DNA of 48,925 nt, from contig CALVZD010000003.1 in assembly GCA_944372435.1 (NCBI GenBank), positions 1 through 48,925 on the forward strand, given 5' to 3'. Positions 10,011 through 23,000 of this stretch are shown piece after piece; the stretch's first letter is position 1; the number at the start of each line of letters is the position of its first letter. The notes below the pieces were generated by a model, which saw only the letters and a program-made list of their open reading frames with translations, did not search any database and was not told the DNA's origin. The translations under genes and the position numbers were made by a program. This stretch comes from an uncultured Clostridia bacterium (GTDB taxonomy: Bacteria > Bacillota > Clostridia > Christensenellales > UBA1242).

Positions 10011-13000
10011 TTATTCGTCAAAATCTCCAAAGTCGTCGAAGAGGTCGGCTTCCTCTATTTCAGGACGCGAAGCTTCTTCTTCCATAGACTCTTTTATTTC
10101 ATTCTCTTCATCGGCTTTGGCTTCTTGCGAGAGAAGTTCGTCAAAGTCAAGCGAGAGTTCGTCGAAATCATGTTCAGCTTCCACCGGAGTGACGTGCTGA
10201 TCCTGCTCATCCATCGAAAGCTCGTTGATTGAGATCTCTTGGTTGTCATCCGTCAAAATCTTGATGTCAAGGCCAAGTGACTGCAACTCTTTTACAAGCA
10301 CTTTGAAGGATTCTGGAATTCCTGGTTCGGCGATCGGTTGACCGCGGATGATCGACTCATAGGTCTTCACCCTGCCCGTCACGTCGTCGGACTTGATTGT
10401 CAGCATCTCTTGCAGCACATGGCTTGCGCCGTATGCTTCAAGCGCCCAAACTTCCATTTCGCCGAATCTCTGACCACCAAACAGCGATTTTCCGCCGAGA
10501 GGCTGCTGGGTTATCAGCGAGTATGAGCCGATCGAACGAGCGTGGATTTTGGAGTCAACCATGTGTTCGAGTTTGAGCATATATTTTGTTCCGACAGTTA
10601 CTGGATTTTTGAAAGGCTCACCGGTTCTGCCGTCATATAGCTGCACCTTGCCATCAGCTGGGAAGTTGTTGCTGACGAGCAGCTCTCTGATTTGGTCGAT
10701 GTTTGCGCCGTCGAAATCTGGCGTTGCAATCTTCCAGCCAAGGCTGCCTGCAACGAGACCGAGGTGGGTTTCAAGAGTTTGCCCAACGTTCATACGAGAT
10801 GCTACTCCGAGTGGGTTGAGCAAAATGTCAACCGGCTTGCCGTTTGCCATGAAAGGCATATCGTTTTCTGGCATTATGATTGAAACGACACCTTTGTTGC
10901 CATATCTTCCTGCCATTTTGTCGCCGACAGAGAGTTTGCGTTTTTGAGCGATGTAAACTTTGACCATCATGTTTACGCCGGCGTCGAGCTCATCCTTGTT
11001 CTTTTTGGAGAACACTTGAACATCGACAACCACACCTTCACTGCCGTGTTTCACGCGCAAGGATGTGTCGCGAACCTCTCTTGCCTTGTCGCCGAAGATG
11101 GCGCGGAGCAGCCTCTCCTCAGGCGTGAGTTCGGTTTCGCCTTTTGGAGTGACTTTGCCGACGAGGATATCGCCTGGGCGCACTTCGGCTCCGATGCGGA
11201 TGATACCGTTTTCGTCGAGGTTTTTGAGAGCCTCTTCGCCAAGGTTTGGAATGTCGCGAGTGATAACTTCGTCGCCGAGCTTGGTGTTTCGGCAGTAGAT
11301 TTCTTCATCTTTCAGGATGATCGTTGTGTAAACGTCCTCTTTGACAAGGCGTTCGTTGATGAGGATAGCGTCCTCAAAGTTGTAGCCCTCCCAGTTCATG
11401 TAAGCAACAAGCACGTTTTTGCCGAGCGCAAGTTCGCCGTTTTCGCAAGCAAAGCCGTCATATATGACATCGCCTGCTTTGACCTTTTCGCCTTTTTTAA
11501 CGCAAGGTTTTTGGTTGTTGCAAGTTTCTTGGTTGGTTTTTTCAAACTTGGTGAGTTTGTAGATATCTTCGTCGCCTTTGTCTGTGAGAATTCTGATTTC
11601 ATCAGCGCTGACATATGACACTTTTCCGCCGCGTTTTGCAAGCCCAAGAGCTCCACTGTCGCGAGCGGCGACATATTCCATGCCGGTTCCAACGATAGGA
11701 GCCTCTGGACGCAGCACAGGCACAGCCTGACGTTGCATGTTGGCACCCATAAGCACACGGTTAACCTCGTTTGAGTTGAGGAATGGGATGAGCGCACTGC
11801 CGACAGAGATATATTGACGCGGTGAGACATCCATATAGTCGATCTGGCTTGCCGGAACTTCGGCGATCACAGCGCCATGCCTTGCCATGATGCGGCTGTT
11901 GACAAACCTGCCGTTTTCGTCGAGTGGTTCGATAGCCTGTGCGATGTAGGCGGTGTCTTCGATGTCCGCCATTTTGTAAACATAGTCTTTTGAAACGATG
12001 CCGGTGTTTTTGTCCACTGGGCGATAAGGCGTTTCAAGGAAGCCATATTCGTTGACTCTAACGTAGATTGCAAGCGTGTCGATAAGTCCGATGTTTTGAC
12101 CTTCTGGCGTTTCGATCGCGCAGATCCTGCCGTAGTGGGTGTAGTGAATATCACGGATGCCGACATCGGCTCTTTCCTTTTTCACGCCGCCAGGGCCGAC
12201 TGCCGAAATACGGCGTTTTTGCGAAAGCTCAGAAAGCGGGTTTTTCTGCTCCAAAAGCTGCGAGAGCTGAGACTGAGCGATGAAATCTTTGAGCGCTTTG
12301 TTGACAGGTTTTGGATTGATGATCTGCGATGGAGTAACCTGATCAAGCTCCTTGCCCTGCAAAGACTCCTTTATGTTTGTCACAAGTTTTTGAACGCCTG
12401 GACGGAAGGCTTTTGTAAGCAAAAGTTCGCCAACGGTTGACAGCCTTTTGTTTGAAAGGTGGTCGACCATGTCGATCTTGCCGATGCCTTCCAAAACATC
12501 AAGATAAACGCTGATCGATGCCAAAATGTCATCCATAGTCAGTGTTGTGACGATCAAGTTTTTGGCGTTTGCTTTGATCGCTTCAAGGCGTTTTTCTTTG
12601 GATTTGTTTTCTTTTAAAATCTGCATCAGGGTTGGATAATAAACCTCTTCGGTGACGCCGAGCGCTTTTTCGTCGCATGGGAAGATTGCAGAAAGACGAA
12701 CGCGGTTGTTGCCTCTCATCAGGTGGCGTTTGCCATTGACTGAAACCCAAACCTCGTTTATGCCAGCGTCTTGAACCTTGCGAGCCGACTCTTCTGTGAA
12801 GATTTCGCCTGCTTTGACGAGCACCTCGTCGTCAGCGACAACATTGTCGGCACTGATGAGGCCGATGATTCTGTTTGCAAGTGAGAGGCGGCTGTTGAAC
12901 TTGAACCTGCCTGCTTTTGCAAGGTCATAATAGTTGTCTGTGAAGAACGAAACGTTGAGATAGTTTCTGGTGGATTCAGCCGAAGGCACATCGGATGGCC

Positions 13001-13718
13001 GCGACTTTCTGGCAAACTCCAAAAGAGCCTCATCCTGCGTTTGCTGTGGCTCGCGATCGAGCGCAGCTTTGATGTAGCGGTTGTCACCAAAGAGCTTCAA
13101 AATCTCTTGGCTGGAATAGCCAAAGCATTTCAAAAACAGACCGATCGAAAATTTGTCGGAACGGTTCACCACCATTTTGAGAGCTTCGTTTGCGCCCTGC
13201 ACGATTTCGAGATACATGCCTCTGCTTGGCATCATTTGGGCGTGAAGCGTGGAGTTATCCTCTTTTTCACGAGTGATATAAACGCCTGGTGAGCGCACGA
13301 TCTGCGAAACCACCACCCTTTCGATTCCGTTTGTGATGAATGAGCCTGTGTCGGTCATAAGAGGAATGTCGCCGAAAAAGACCTCCTGCTCAACAGCCTC
13401 GCCGGTCTCTTCAACGACAAACCTTGCCTTGACTTTGAGAGGAAGCGAATAGGAAGCGCCTCTTCTTTTGCACTCTTTGATCGAATATTTTGGCTCGGAT
13501 CCCAAATTCATGTCGAGGAAATAGAGTTTGGCTTTTCCACTGTAATCGACAACTGGTGAAAAATCGTCAAGCACAGATCTGATGCCGTGCTCGAGAAACT
13601 CTTTGTAAGAATCCTTTTGGATGTCAAGCAGCCCAGGGATTGGAGCGATATCATCGAGTTTCGAGAAAGAATATCGTTCAGTTTTTCCAAATTTTTGTTT
13701 TTTGATGTTAAGTGACAT
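10011..13718 (-). CDS. rpoB: DNA-directed RNA polymerase subunit beta
   Basis: [48 protein letters not shown] and [17 protein letters not shown] motifs. Confidence 0.99.
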   Translation of the reverse strand: MSLNIKKQKFGKTERYSFSKLDDIAPIPGLLDIQKDSYKEFLEHGIRSVLDDFSPVVDYSGKAKLYFLDMNLGSEPKYSIKECKRRGASYSLPLKVKARFVVEETGEAVEQEVFFGDIPLMTDTGSFITNGIERVVVSQIVRSPGVYITREKEDNSTLHAQMMPSRGMYLEIVQGANEALKMVVNRSDKFSIGLFLKCFGYSSQEILKLFGDNRYIKAALDREPQQTQDEALLEFARKSRPSDVPSAESTRNYLNVSFFTDNYYDLAKAGRFKFNSRLSLANRIIGLISADNVVADDEVLVKAGEIFTEESARKVQDAGINEVWVSVNGKRHLMRGNNRVRLSAIFPCDEKALGVTEEVYYPTLMQILKENKSKEKRLEAIKANAKNLIVTTLTMDDILASISVYLDVLEGIGKIDMVDHLSNKRLSTVGELLLTKAFRPGVQKLVTNIKESLQGKELDQVTPSQIINPKPVNKALKDFIAQSQLSQLLEQKNPLSELSQKRRISAVGPGGVKKERADVGIRDIHYTHYGRICAIETPEGQNIGLIDTLAIYVRVNEYGFLETPYRPVDKNTGIVSKDYVYKMADIEDTAYIAQAIEPLDENGRFVNSRIMARHGAVIAEVPASQIDYMDVSPRQYISVGSALIPFLNSNEVNRVLMGANMQRQAVPVLRPEAPIVGTGMEYVAARDSGALGLAKRGGKVSYVSADEIRILTDKGDEDIYKLTKFEKTNQETCNNQKPCVKKGEKVKAGDVIYDGFACENGELALGKNVLVAYMNWEGYNFEDAILINERLVKEDVYTTIILKDEEIYCRNTKLGDEVITRDIPNLGEEALKNLDENGIIRIGAEVRPGDILVGKVTPKGETELTPEERLLRAIFGDKAREVRDTSLRVKHGSEGVVVDVQVFSKKNKDELDAGVNMMVKVYIAQKRKLSVGDKMAGRYGNKGVVSIIMPENDMPFMANGKPVDILLNPLGVASRMNVGQTLETHLGLVAGSLGWKIATPDFDGANIDQIRELLVSNNFPADGKVQLYDGRTGEPFKNPVTVGTKYMLKLEHMVDSKIHARSIGSYSLITQQPLGGKSLFGGQRFGEMEVWALEAYGASHVLQEMLTIKSDDVTGRVKTYESIIRGQPIAEPGIPESFKVLVKELQSLGLDIKILTDDNQEISINELSMDEQDQHVTPVEAEHDFDELSLDFDELLSQEAKADEENEIKESMEEEASRPEIEEADLFDDFGDFDE

Positions 13719-13771
13719 AACTAAGCCTCTCTCCTTTCAATCTACGACATAGATGCAGCGCGCTTTTAGAC

Positions 13772-13816
13772 AAAAAAAAGGGCTGACAGCACACAAAAGG
13801 TGCCGCCTAAACCCTC
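13772..13816 (-). promoter_or_regulatory. Terminator-like hairpin in the rpoB 5' leader (possible attenuator)
   Basis: Minus strand GAGGGTTTAGGCGGCAC-CTTTTGT-GTGCTGTCAGCCC followed by 8 T, lying between the promoter and the rpoB RBS. Confidence 0.55.
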
Positions 13817-13870
13817 ATTTTTAAGCACTTTTTTTGATAATTCTCTTTGACTGCAACATTCGTTGAGAAT

Positions 13871-13899
13871 ATTTTAGCACATGACAAAAATTTTGTCAA
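13871..13899 (-). promoter_or_regulatory. rpoB sigma-A promoter
   Basis: TTGACA-17 nt-TAAAAT with extended TG, overlapped by the near-palindrome tgacaaaaattttgtca. Confidence 0.75.
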
Positions 13900-14002
13900 C
13901 GGTTTTTTATAAAAATCTTGCCAAAAGTTGTGAAAATATACCTTTCGTCGACATTTTTTGGGAAATTTTGAGGAAAATTTTTCTCCTCCGCTTTGAGGAG
14001 GG

Positions 14003-17000
14003 CTAAATTTTCATGCCCTCTTCAAAGACAAGTGTTGAAAAGTCGGTTGCAGAAGCGTTCCAAACTCTGTCGGTGACCTCGGTGACCTGCATAAAGTTAA
14101 GTGTGCGTGTGCTGCCACTATCAGAGGAGCCGACAAACATATAGTTGCTTTCGTCTTCAAAGTCGTTTGGAGATATAGCCAAAGTGGTGATGCCATCGGT
14201 CGAAACTCCGAGGAATTCCGCCAAGGCTTGCAGGTTGCTTCCATAGCCATTGATTTGGCTTCCAGTCAGAGTTGTGAAAAGACCGTGATAAACTGTCATG
14301 TCGAGCCTGTCGAGAATGTTTGTGTCGTTTAGCGCACCGCCGCCGTTTGCCTCTGGCACATTTGTTCCATACTCATTTTGATTAACGGCGAAGGTTACGG
14401 AAGTCTCACCAGGGTTTTTGAGCATAGTGATTGTCGTGAAGCCAAGATTCAGATAGTCGTAAAGGTATTGGTCGCTATCAAATCCCCAAATCGCTGAGTT
14501 GAAAACATTTGAAATTTGGGCGCTGCTGCCAGCGGTATCAGTGACACTGTTGTTGTAAGTAAAATTTTTGACTTGCTCTGTTGGATCGCTTGCATAAACA
14601 TACTGATTTGGCACATATGTTTGTGAACCTGTGGACTCACTAATTTCTGTCTGCCTCACAACCTGCTGAACTGTTCCCGGATAGGAGTTGTCGAGGATGT
14701 TGATGTTGTAGCGCGTGGTCGAGTAGATTGTGTTCAGCGTCAAGTTGCTTGATTCTGTGCCGCCGACGATAGCGCCAACATTTGCTGTGAGCAATGTCGA
14801 ATAGGTGTAGGCGTCAAGCTCGATGTCAGCTCTGACATAGGAGTTTGAAATTGACACCGCAGCAGAGCTGGTTTCATTTGAAGACAATCTTCCAATAATT
14901 CCGCCAACGAATGGCGCTGAGTTTTGACCCTCGACGCGCAGCACGCCTTCCTTGACTGCCGCTTCGCTTACGGTGACTGAGCCGAGCCCTGCCGTTGCGC
15001 TGGCACTCACCTCGCCTATCACACCACCAAGGATGTTCCTTGCAGTCAGGTCGGCTTGAACAATCGCATGGCCGACGGAGACATAGCCGCTGCTGACCAT
15101 TCCGATAATGCCGCCCACATATGAGACTGTGCTCACCGAAACGCTGGCTTGGGTTTGGTTGCCTATCGAGAAGCTTTGACCCATGTAAACATAGTCAAGG
15201 CTCGCTCTGTCGCTTGCGACGCCTGCAATGCCGCCCACTGCTGTTGCCACATATGAGCGCAGGTTGAAGATCTCAAAGCTGTCGCCAGAGCCATAAACAT
15301 AGGCGTTTGAAAGCCTGCCTTTAAGTTCGCCCACCATGATTCCGCCATAGGAGTGAGCCCTGATCACCATGCCTGCATTTATCGTGAGAGCCACATCGTC
15401 AACGGAGGCCTGACTTGCTATGCCACCGAAACCGATGCCCGCTTTGTCGGCGAAGATGTTGACTGCACCACGGCTGACTTGCAGATCACTGACGCTGCCT
15501 CGACCACCGACATATCCGATTATGCCGCCGGCAAAGGAGGTGCGATCGAGCGTGTTCGATTCAAAATCGTTCGAGTTGTCGTCTGACGGAACATATGAAG
15601 CAAACGCACCAGTGAAGACATTGAGGTTTTTGATGTTGTAGCCCTCTGCCGTAAGACCGATCACTCCGCCGACAGCGTTTTTGCCGCTGACTGTGACGAT
15701 CTCCTCGGTTGTGTCACTGTCGTCATCACCTGTGGAGCCGCGCACCGAAATGTTGAAGATGTTGGCGTTTCGCACTCTGCCTGCAAGCGAACCAACAGCA
15801 TTGGCGTTTGCAAATGTGACGAGCCTTGGCGTGATCGTAAGGTTGACAACCGAAGCAAAGTTCGTGCTGGATCCGCCAATTTCGCTGAACAGACCGGCAT
15901 AGCTGAGAGTTTCGGCAGAAGTGATGCGTATGCCGCTGATATTCATGCCGTTTCCGTCAAAATTGCCTTGCACGATCTTGTTGTGCAGGTTTGAATAGTC
16001 AGCAGAAAGGCTGGAATAATCTATGTCGCAAGCGAGGCGATAGTAGCCTGTCAGCACGTTGTTTGGGCTGGTCATATAGCTTTCCATCGTCTCCGGAGAA
16101 TGGATGACATATGGGTTAAACACGCTGCCGTCAGCCGGAGAGCTTGGCGCGGTTTGATAGTGATATGTGATCACGCCGTCTGGGCTGGTTGTCGTGCCAG
16201 TGTTGATCCTCTGAGCCGTGGAGACGATGTTGGCCGCAACAAGCTCCAACCTGCCGCCTGCAAACTGTGCGCCGTTGAACAGGTTGCTGGTTTCGCCAGA
16301 GCTATAGAACCACACAGAGTTGTAGCTTGGCGTGCTGGAATAGCCATAAGATGAGAATTTTTCTGCCAAATAGCTTGCGTCAAATTCGTTTACAGGGGCA
16401 CTGCCAGTGGAATATTCCAAAGCCTCAACACCTTCAAGCGAAGGAGTGAGCAAACTGTTGTTGATGTCGCCTGTGATGTAGTGGCAATCCTCAAAGGTGC
16501 CGATGACGTTGTCGCTTGCAAAGTTGTAGTCCATTGCACTTGCGTCGCGGATGATCTTGCTTGTTGAGAAGCTGCGGACTATCGAGCCGGAGTTGTTGAA
16601 CGCAAAGCCCGCGCTCATGCCGTCTGACTGAATTGGCAGGTTTGAATAGCAGTCGGATATCTCCCCCTCGTTGTTGAACACGAACGATGCCGCGGACACG
16701 CTGGAGGTGATCATGCTGGTGCGGCCATTTTCGGTCTCGTTTGAGTAAGGTCTTTCACCGCTGACATAGCCCGAAGTGAAGCTTGTCAAAATCCTGCCAT
16801 TCAAGGTGTTTTCTCCGGCAAAGCCGCCGATTGAATGTGAGGTCAGATAGATAGAGGTTGAGGTCAAGTTGCCCTCTTTGAACGCCGAGGAAGCAACGAC
16901 TCCGCTGTTTTGTCCAACCACGCCGCCCATGGTTATCAACGACTGTGCGTTGACTTTTGAGGTGCTGTTTGTCAAAAAGCCAGAGTTTTGTCCGACAATT

Positions 17001-20000
17001 CCGCCAAAATAGAAGCCGTTTGTCGACGGATCGCTGTCGAATGTGACAAACAGTCTTGCTCCGTCTGCCATTTCGATTTGTGCGTTGGAGATCGTGCCGT
17101 TGTTGACGCCTGCAATCACCCCTATCTCTGCCGAAGTTGAAGAGGACGAGTTGAAGGTGACGCTGCTTGTTGTTGCACTGCCGATGCGAACCTTGATGTT
17201 TTTGATGAAGGTGCTTGCGCTCACCGTTCCGAAAAGCCCCGCTGCGCTGTCTGAGCCGAGCTGATAGACTGGGCTGTCGAAGATGATGTAGTGATTGTTG
17301 CCGTCAAAGGAAGCGACTGCCGTGTTCAATGGTTGGAAGTCCTCGCTTGGTACCACAATGTCGTTGAGCAAGATGTAGTGCCCGCCTGCCGTCATGTTTG
17401 CAAACTCTTCATAGGTTGTGACAGGGTTTGGGCTCTCTTCTGAGCCGCGCAGGAACGAGTAGACATCAAAGGTGGTGTCCAGGTTGGTGTAGCCGTTTGG
17501 ATTACCTTCTGCGACGCGGTTTGTCCAAACATATCTGCCACGTTCGATAGCATATTGACCAGAATAGGTGAAGAAATAGTGCCTGCTCTCAGGGTTGTGC
17601 GCGATGAAAGTGGAAAAGCTGAGTCCACTTGTTGAGAGATACGGCGTGGTGATCGAAGAGTTTGTGCTCAAACGTGAAGAGGTTGCAGATGCCGTTGTCA
17701 GCGGAACAGGATGAATTTGAACGCCCTCCGCCGTGTTGGAGTTAAGGTCGGTGTAGAACGTCCAAGTGCCGTTGTTTTTGAGGCTTTCAAGGAAAACGTT
17801 GATGTTTGTGAGCACCGACTGATTTGCCGGATTGTATTCAATCATGTCGTCAAAGTTGAGTTCAAGCTGCGTTCTTTCCCCCACTGCCGAAGTGATGACG
17901 CCATTGTTCATGCCTGCGATGATATCTTGATTTTGCCCTGGCAGATAGTTTATCACATACTCGAGCATGGTCAGGTCAAGGCTGCTTGTTGCGTTGATAA
18001 TTTCGCCAAACTCGTTTTCTCGAGAGGCTGAAACTGTCAGTGTGAAGTTTTTGCCGCCGTTTGCTGCGTAATCCGAAATTTCGCTGTTTGTCATGACGAG
18101 ATAGTAACCATCCTCGCGCTGCTCGATCATGCCGATAGCAGGATCCGAGGAAACCACCTGCAAAGTCGAGCTGTCATAGCCGTCGTTGGTGACAGCCAGC
18201 CTGTATTCAACGCCGCGCGCCACCTGAGTTTTGTAAGGATAGCCGTCGATATGGATCGACACAGACTCCTCGCGGAAGAGCGTGTAGTCATATGTCACCG
18301 AATAGTTTTGCGGCTGCTGCTCGGCGGTGATTGTGATCGCAACCGGCGTGCCGTCGATGACTGCGTTGTTTGAGAAGGTGTAGCGAATGTAGATCTGGCC
18401 GTTGAAAGAGCCTGCGTTTTCGAGCGCCGCGCGAGAGATCCTGATGCCTCGCTCTGCAACGGAGAATGAAATTTCTTCAAACTCAATTTTGCCTCCCTCA
18501 TCTATCGACAAAGTGCCTGCGATGAAGTCTGCCTCGGCTGCGCCCTCTCCGCTGTTTATTTCAGCGTTTTGGATGAGTATGCTGTCAAAATCTCCGTCGA
18601 CTGGCGAAATTGAAACAGACAACAGCCCTGTCACGCCTGGTATCACATTTTCTGACTCCTGCGAAAGGTCGCTGAGCCGTGGATAGTTGGTCGCAACGAT
18701 CACGTCGACGGATTCGCGCCTCAGGTTCATCGGAATCTCTTTTTTGATCTCGTCGCCGTTGGAGTTTGCGTAATAAACGACTGTGTAGTTTGTGTAGATG
18801 TCAAACGCATAGCGATTTGCAAACGCTGGCGAGTCGCGGTCGACAGTTATTGAAACATTGTAAATTAAATCTGAGTCTGAGTCTGACGCTGTTATATTGA
18901 AAAGGTGGCGATCTGCGATGCCAAGATCTTCGGCTTGATCGTCTTGTGTTTTGATAGATGTTGTCCCTTCTTCACTTGTTATCGTTGCACCAGTGTCATA
19001 ACTGTCAATCAGCTGGTTTTGATCGTTGTAAATTTCAACGACAAGCGTGTCGGACGAGTAGTCAGAGACGATTTCAACCTGATCATTTATCTCATTTGAG
19101 GAGTTGAGCGAATAGGAATCAAAGTTGGAAAGGATATCGCTTGAGCCCTCGCTATAATTTAGCTTTATGCGGTCAAGAGTTGTGACAGGAAGCTTGTAGG
19201 TCGCTCCCTCAACCCCTGCCGATATGTTTGCAGAAAGGCTGATCTCATCGGTCGCGTTTTCAGGAAGATTTACACTCGGCTTTTTTGTGAAGCGCACGCC
19301 CTGGTTTGTGACCGCATAGTTGCCGTATTTGAGACCATCACTTCCAGCAGTGCCAAATCCTATATCCAGCGCGAAGTCTGTTGACGGAGCAAGTTGGATC
19401 ACCCAGCTGCCAAGCGAAACTTCGCCGGTTGAGGTGATGTTGAAACGCGTGTCGGTGTCAAGGCCGTAAGCTAGTGAACCGCTGCCGCCAAAAGTGTTGC
19501 GATCCAGCGAATATATCGGCGCAACATCCACATTGACGCCGCGTTGTGAAAAGACGTTGAGTCTGGTTGAGCCGCCAAGCACCATGTTGCCAACTTTAAA
19601 GAGCCCAGCCTCTAAGCCCGCTTGGTAGGCGTGATAGTTAAAGTAATTGATGACGTTGAGATAGATGACCTGCCTTTGGTTTTGGTTCAAAAGGTTTGAA
19701 ACTTCGATTTCCGCAACGCCGACGCCTTTGATGTAGATCTCGCCGTCCGCCGAGATTTCGATGTTTGGGCTGTTTGAAGTCAGCACAACGCTGTCGCCTG
19801 TTATGCTGAGCGGATATAGAGCGTCATCTGGACTAAGGCGATTAAGTGTGTCGAGCTGAGTTTGCGCTGCCGACAAGTTGCCGGTGATGAATTGCTCGCC
19901 AGAATAATATCCAGCAGCTTCAAAATAGAAGGCAAAATAGACTATGTTGTCGCAAATACATGTTAAGCCTCCTGTGCAACCCTTCTTGTGCAGCTGTGCA

Positions 20001-23000
20001 AATGAAGAAGCTGCGTTGGCTGCAACAGAAAAGCTTGTCAGGCGCTTCGTGAAAGTTGCGCGATTGATGATGGTTGGGATGTCAGTGTCATCGACCACGA
20101 TAAAGTCGCCATAAAACTGCGAAAGGTCAAGCTCGTTTATCACGATTGAGGTTGCGCCATCTGGAAGGTCATACAACTCTCTTGCGACATATGAGAATGC
20201 TGAATTTTCGCTGAGGTAATTTTCAGGAGTTACAGTTTCATTTACCAAACTTGTGCCAAGGAAAATTTTTTTGAAGTTTTCGTCAGCATATGACTCAGAC
20301 AGATCGATGACAAAAGGACTGCCAAAACCACTATTGCTATACCAAATGCCCATGGAGGCGTTTTCGCTCAGGTGCTGTCCGTCGTCGACTGCTTCGACGG
20401 TTATCGGTTGTGGATTAGATCCACTGACAACTCCGACACTGCTTGTTTCCGAAAACTCAGAAACAATAAGGCCAATTGTTGTTCCTCGAACAAAGGTGCG
20501 CGTGGTTGAAGAGAGAAGCTTTCCGGCTCGCATATCGCCAACAAGTCCGCCTGCGCTTGCAGCCCAAACCTCACCGCCTGCGAGGATGTTTGAGATGTCG
20601 CCGCCTGTTGAAACCGCTGCAACAGCGCCTGTTGTGCCACGAAGATTGCCACTTTTAAAAGTGTTTTCGTCAAATAAGCTTTGGTTTGTTATGCGAATCA
20701 GCGCATAGACGGAATATGCCGCATAGCCATACTCTTCAGCATTGTGGCCTGTGATGTTGCCGCTGTTTGTGCCAGCTATACCGCCGGCGTTGACGGAAGC
20801 GGTTGTTTGAATATCCAAAAAGCCCTCAAAAAGCACATTCGGATTTGTTATGCTGCCGCTGTTTGTGCCGACAAGGCCGCCTATGTTGGCGCCGCCTGCT
20901 GCTTGTATGCTTGACGCCGAAATGCGCACAGAAACATTTTCGAGTGTGGCGTTGCTTTCCCCTTCTTCGAGTGCGGCGTTGCTTTTCCCTGCAATCAGAC
21001 CGATGTTGGCGCCAGCTAGTGCGCTCGCGATGTTAAAGCTGCCCTCAAAGGTGATGCCTACGATTCTTGCACCTGCGCCAAGCGCTGCGAACAAGCCATA
21101 ATTTGCGTTGCTGCCGTTTGTGATGTTTATGCCTGTGATGCGTGCGTCATATTCGCCAACGATTGAGCCGGTGAATGGTAAATCGGAGCCGCCAGCGCCC
21201 AAACCTTTTCCAAGAGGAAGTTGATTTGCGATCGTTGAAACATCGATCGTGGTTGAAAGTTTGTAATGCGATGACATTGAAACGGCGTTGTCGCCGATTG
21301 CCAAGATGTCTTGCGCAGAATCAAGCACAAATGGGTTTTCTGCCGTGCCGTCTTGATATGCGACCTCAAAGCTCAAAATGCTGTTTTGATAGATTGGCAG
21401 AACAGATCCGCCGCTCATCCAAGAGTTTGGAATGATCTCCAGCCTGCCGGAATAGGTGCCGCCAGAGGTGTAGGAGAACACCGCTGAATTCAAGCGCACC
21501 GAAATGAGATAGATTCCTTTGCTTCTTTCGGTTATGTCGATGCCATCGCCTGGAGCGCCATCAGCAAGATCGATAATCAAACTTGGCAAATCGCCTGTGT
21601 TGTTTGAAATGTATCTGACCGTGATGTCGGTGTCAGTCGCCGTGAATGGGCTGACATAAACGCCAAAGTCAAAGCGCTGGTCTTGCTCTTGCGCGGAAAA
21701 GGTGATGGTGTTTTGACCAAAGTTTGAATATATTCTTTGAACATTGTCATAATTTGTGCCGTTGATTGTGACGGCAAAGTATCTTGCAGTGCCATACTGC
21801 CTGAGCGTTGCATAAAGTGTGATCGAAAATTCACCTGTGCGGTCGCGATTGATCGCAAAAGTTTTGGTTTCAGAATCAAAGGTGCCGTAATAGTCGGTGG
21901 CGCTTTCGCCTATCCTATATATATTGTTGAAAGAGTCTGCGTTGTAGGTTATCCTGTCCGCAGATTCCCAATCAGTGCCATTTTGCTTGAAGATTCCCAC
22001 ATTGTTTGCCACCGTCCAATAAATGTAGCTTGTTGAGTATTGCGTGTTCGTATACGCGTCGCTGATTGGATCATAAAAACCATATGCCACTTGCGGCAGA
22101 ACCTGCTCAACAAAAGTCACCGTTTGCAGCGAGGTGTTTGTCACTGAGTTGCCAACAAAAAGGTCGATTGTGGTGCTGGTTGAGTTTGTTTGCGTGTTTG
22201 TCATGTTAAACGAGCTGACAGGCACAAACGAGACGAGCTCAATGAGGGCTGTTTTTTCAGAATTTGGTATGCGGCGGAAACCCTGAACAGAGACGCCGTT
22301 GATCGTGAAGGTGACATTTGCCGCACCGTAGGAGTTTGCCGCGATCGTGTAGGTTGAGTCGCTGCCTGAGATTGAAGTCAAGGTCGGATTAGAAGATGTG
22401 TAAGTTATGTTTGTGAAAGGAGTGTCCGCCAGGTTTGACATAAAGCTGACAACCGCACGACTGTTGTAGCTTGCGCCGTCGTTTTGCAAAATAATGCGCA
22501 TTGCAGCGTCATAGTCAGCTCTTTCAACGCTTTCAAACGATTGCACGCCCTGGCTGGTTGAATCGAGCGCGATCGAGAGGTCGTCAAAAGTGTCGATCAC
22601 GCGGAAGGTCACGCGCTTTGCAACTCCGTTGTCAAGCGTGACAGAATAGGTTGCGGTGCCAACGCTCCTTGGCGTGAGTTGCAGCAAAACTGGATATCTT
22701 CCGTCAATTGCAGTTCCTTCCCCAACAAAACTCACTCCAAGCGCAGCGGCGTCGCCTTCGATGAAGCGCAGTGTGACATTTTCAAACGGCTGATCCGCCC
22801 GCAAAAATGAAAAAGTTTTCGTGCCTGCCGTGCTTGACAAAAACACACCTGAGTTTTGGTTTGTTGATTGATGTTCAAAGATTGAATCAGCGAATTCTAG
22901 CTCCGTCGCGCCAGCAGAAATTGTGTAGTTTGCGGTGTAGGAAATTTCGGTTTCTAAATAATCACTGACGACGGTGAAGGTGATCTCTCTGTTGGACACA

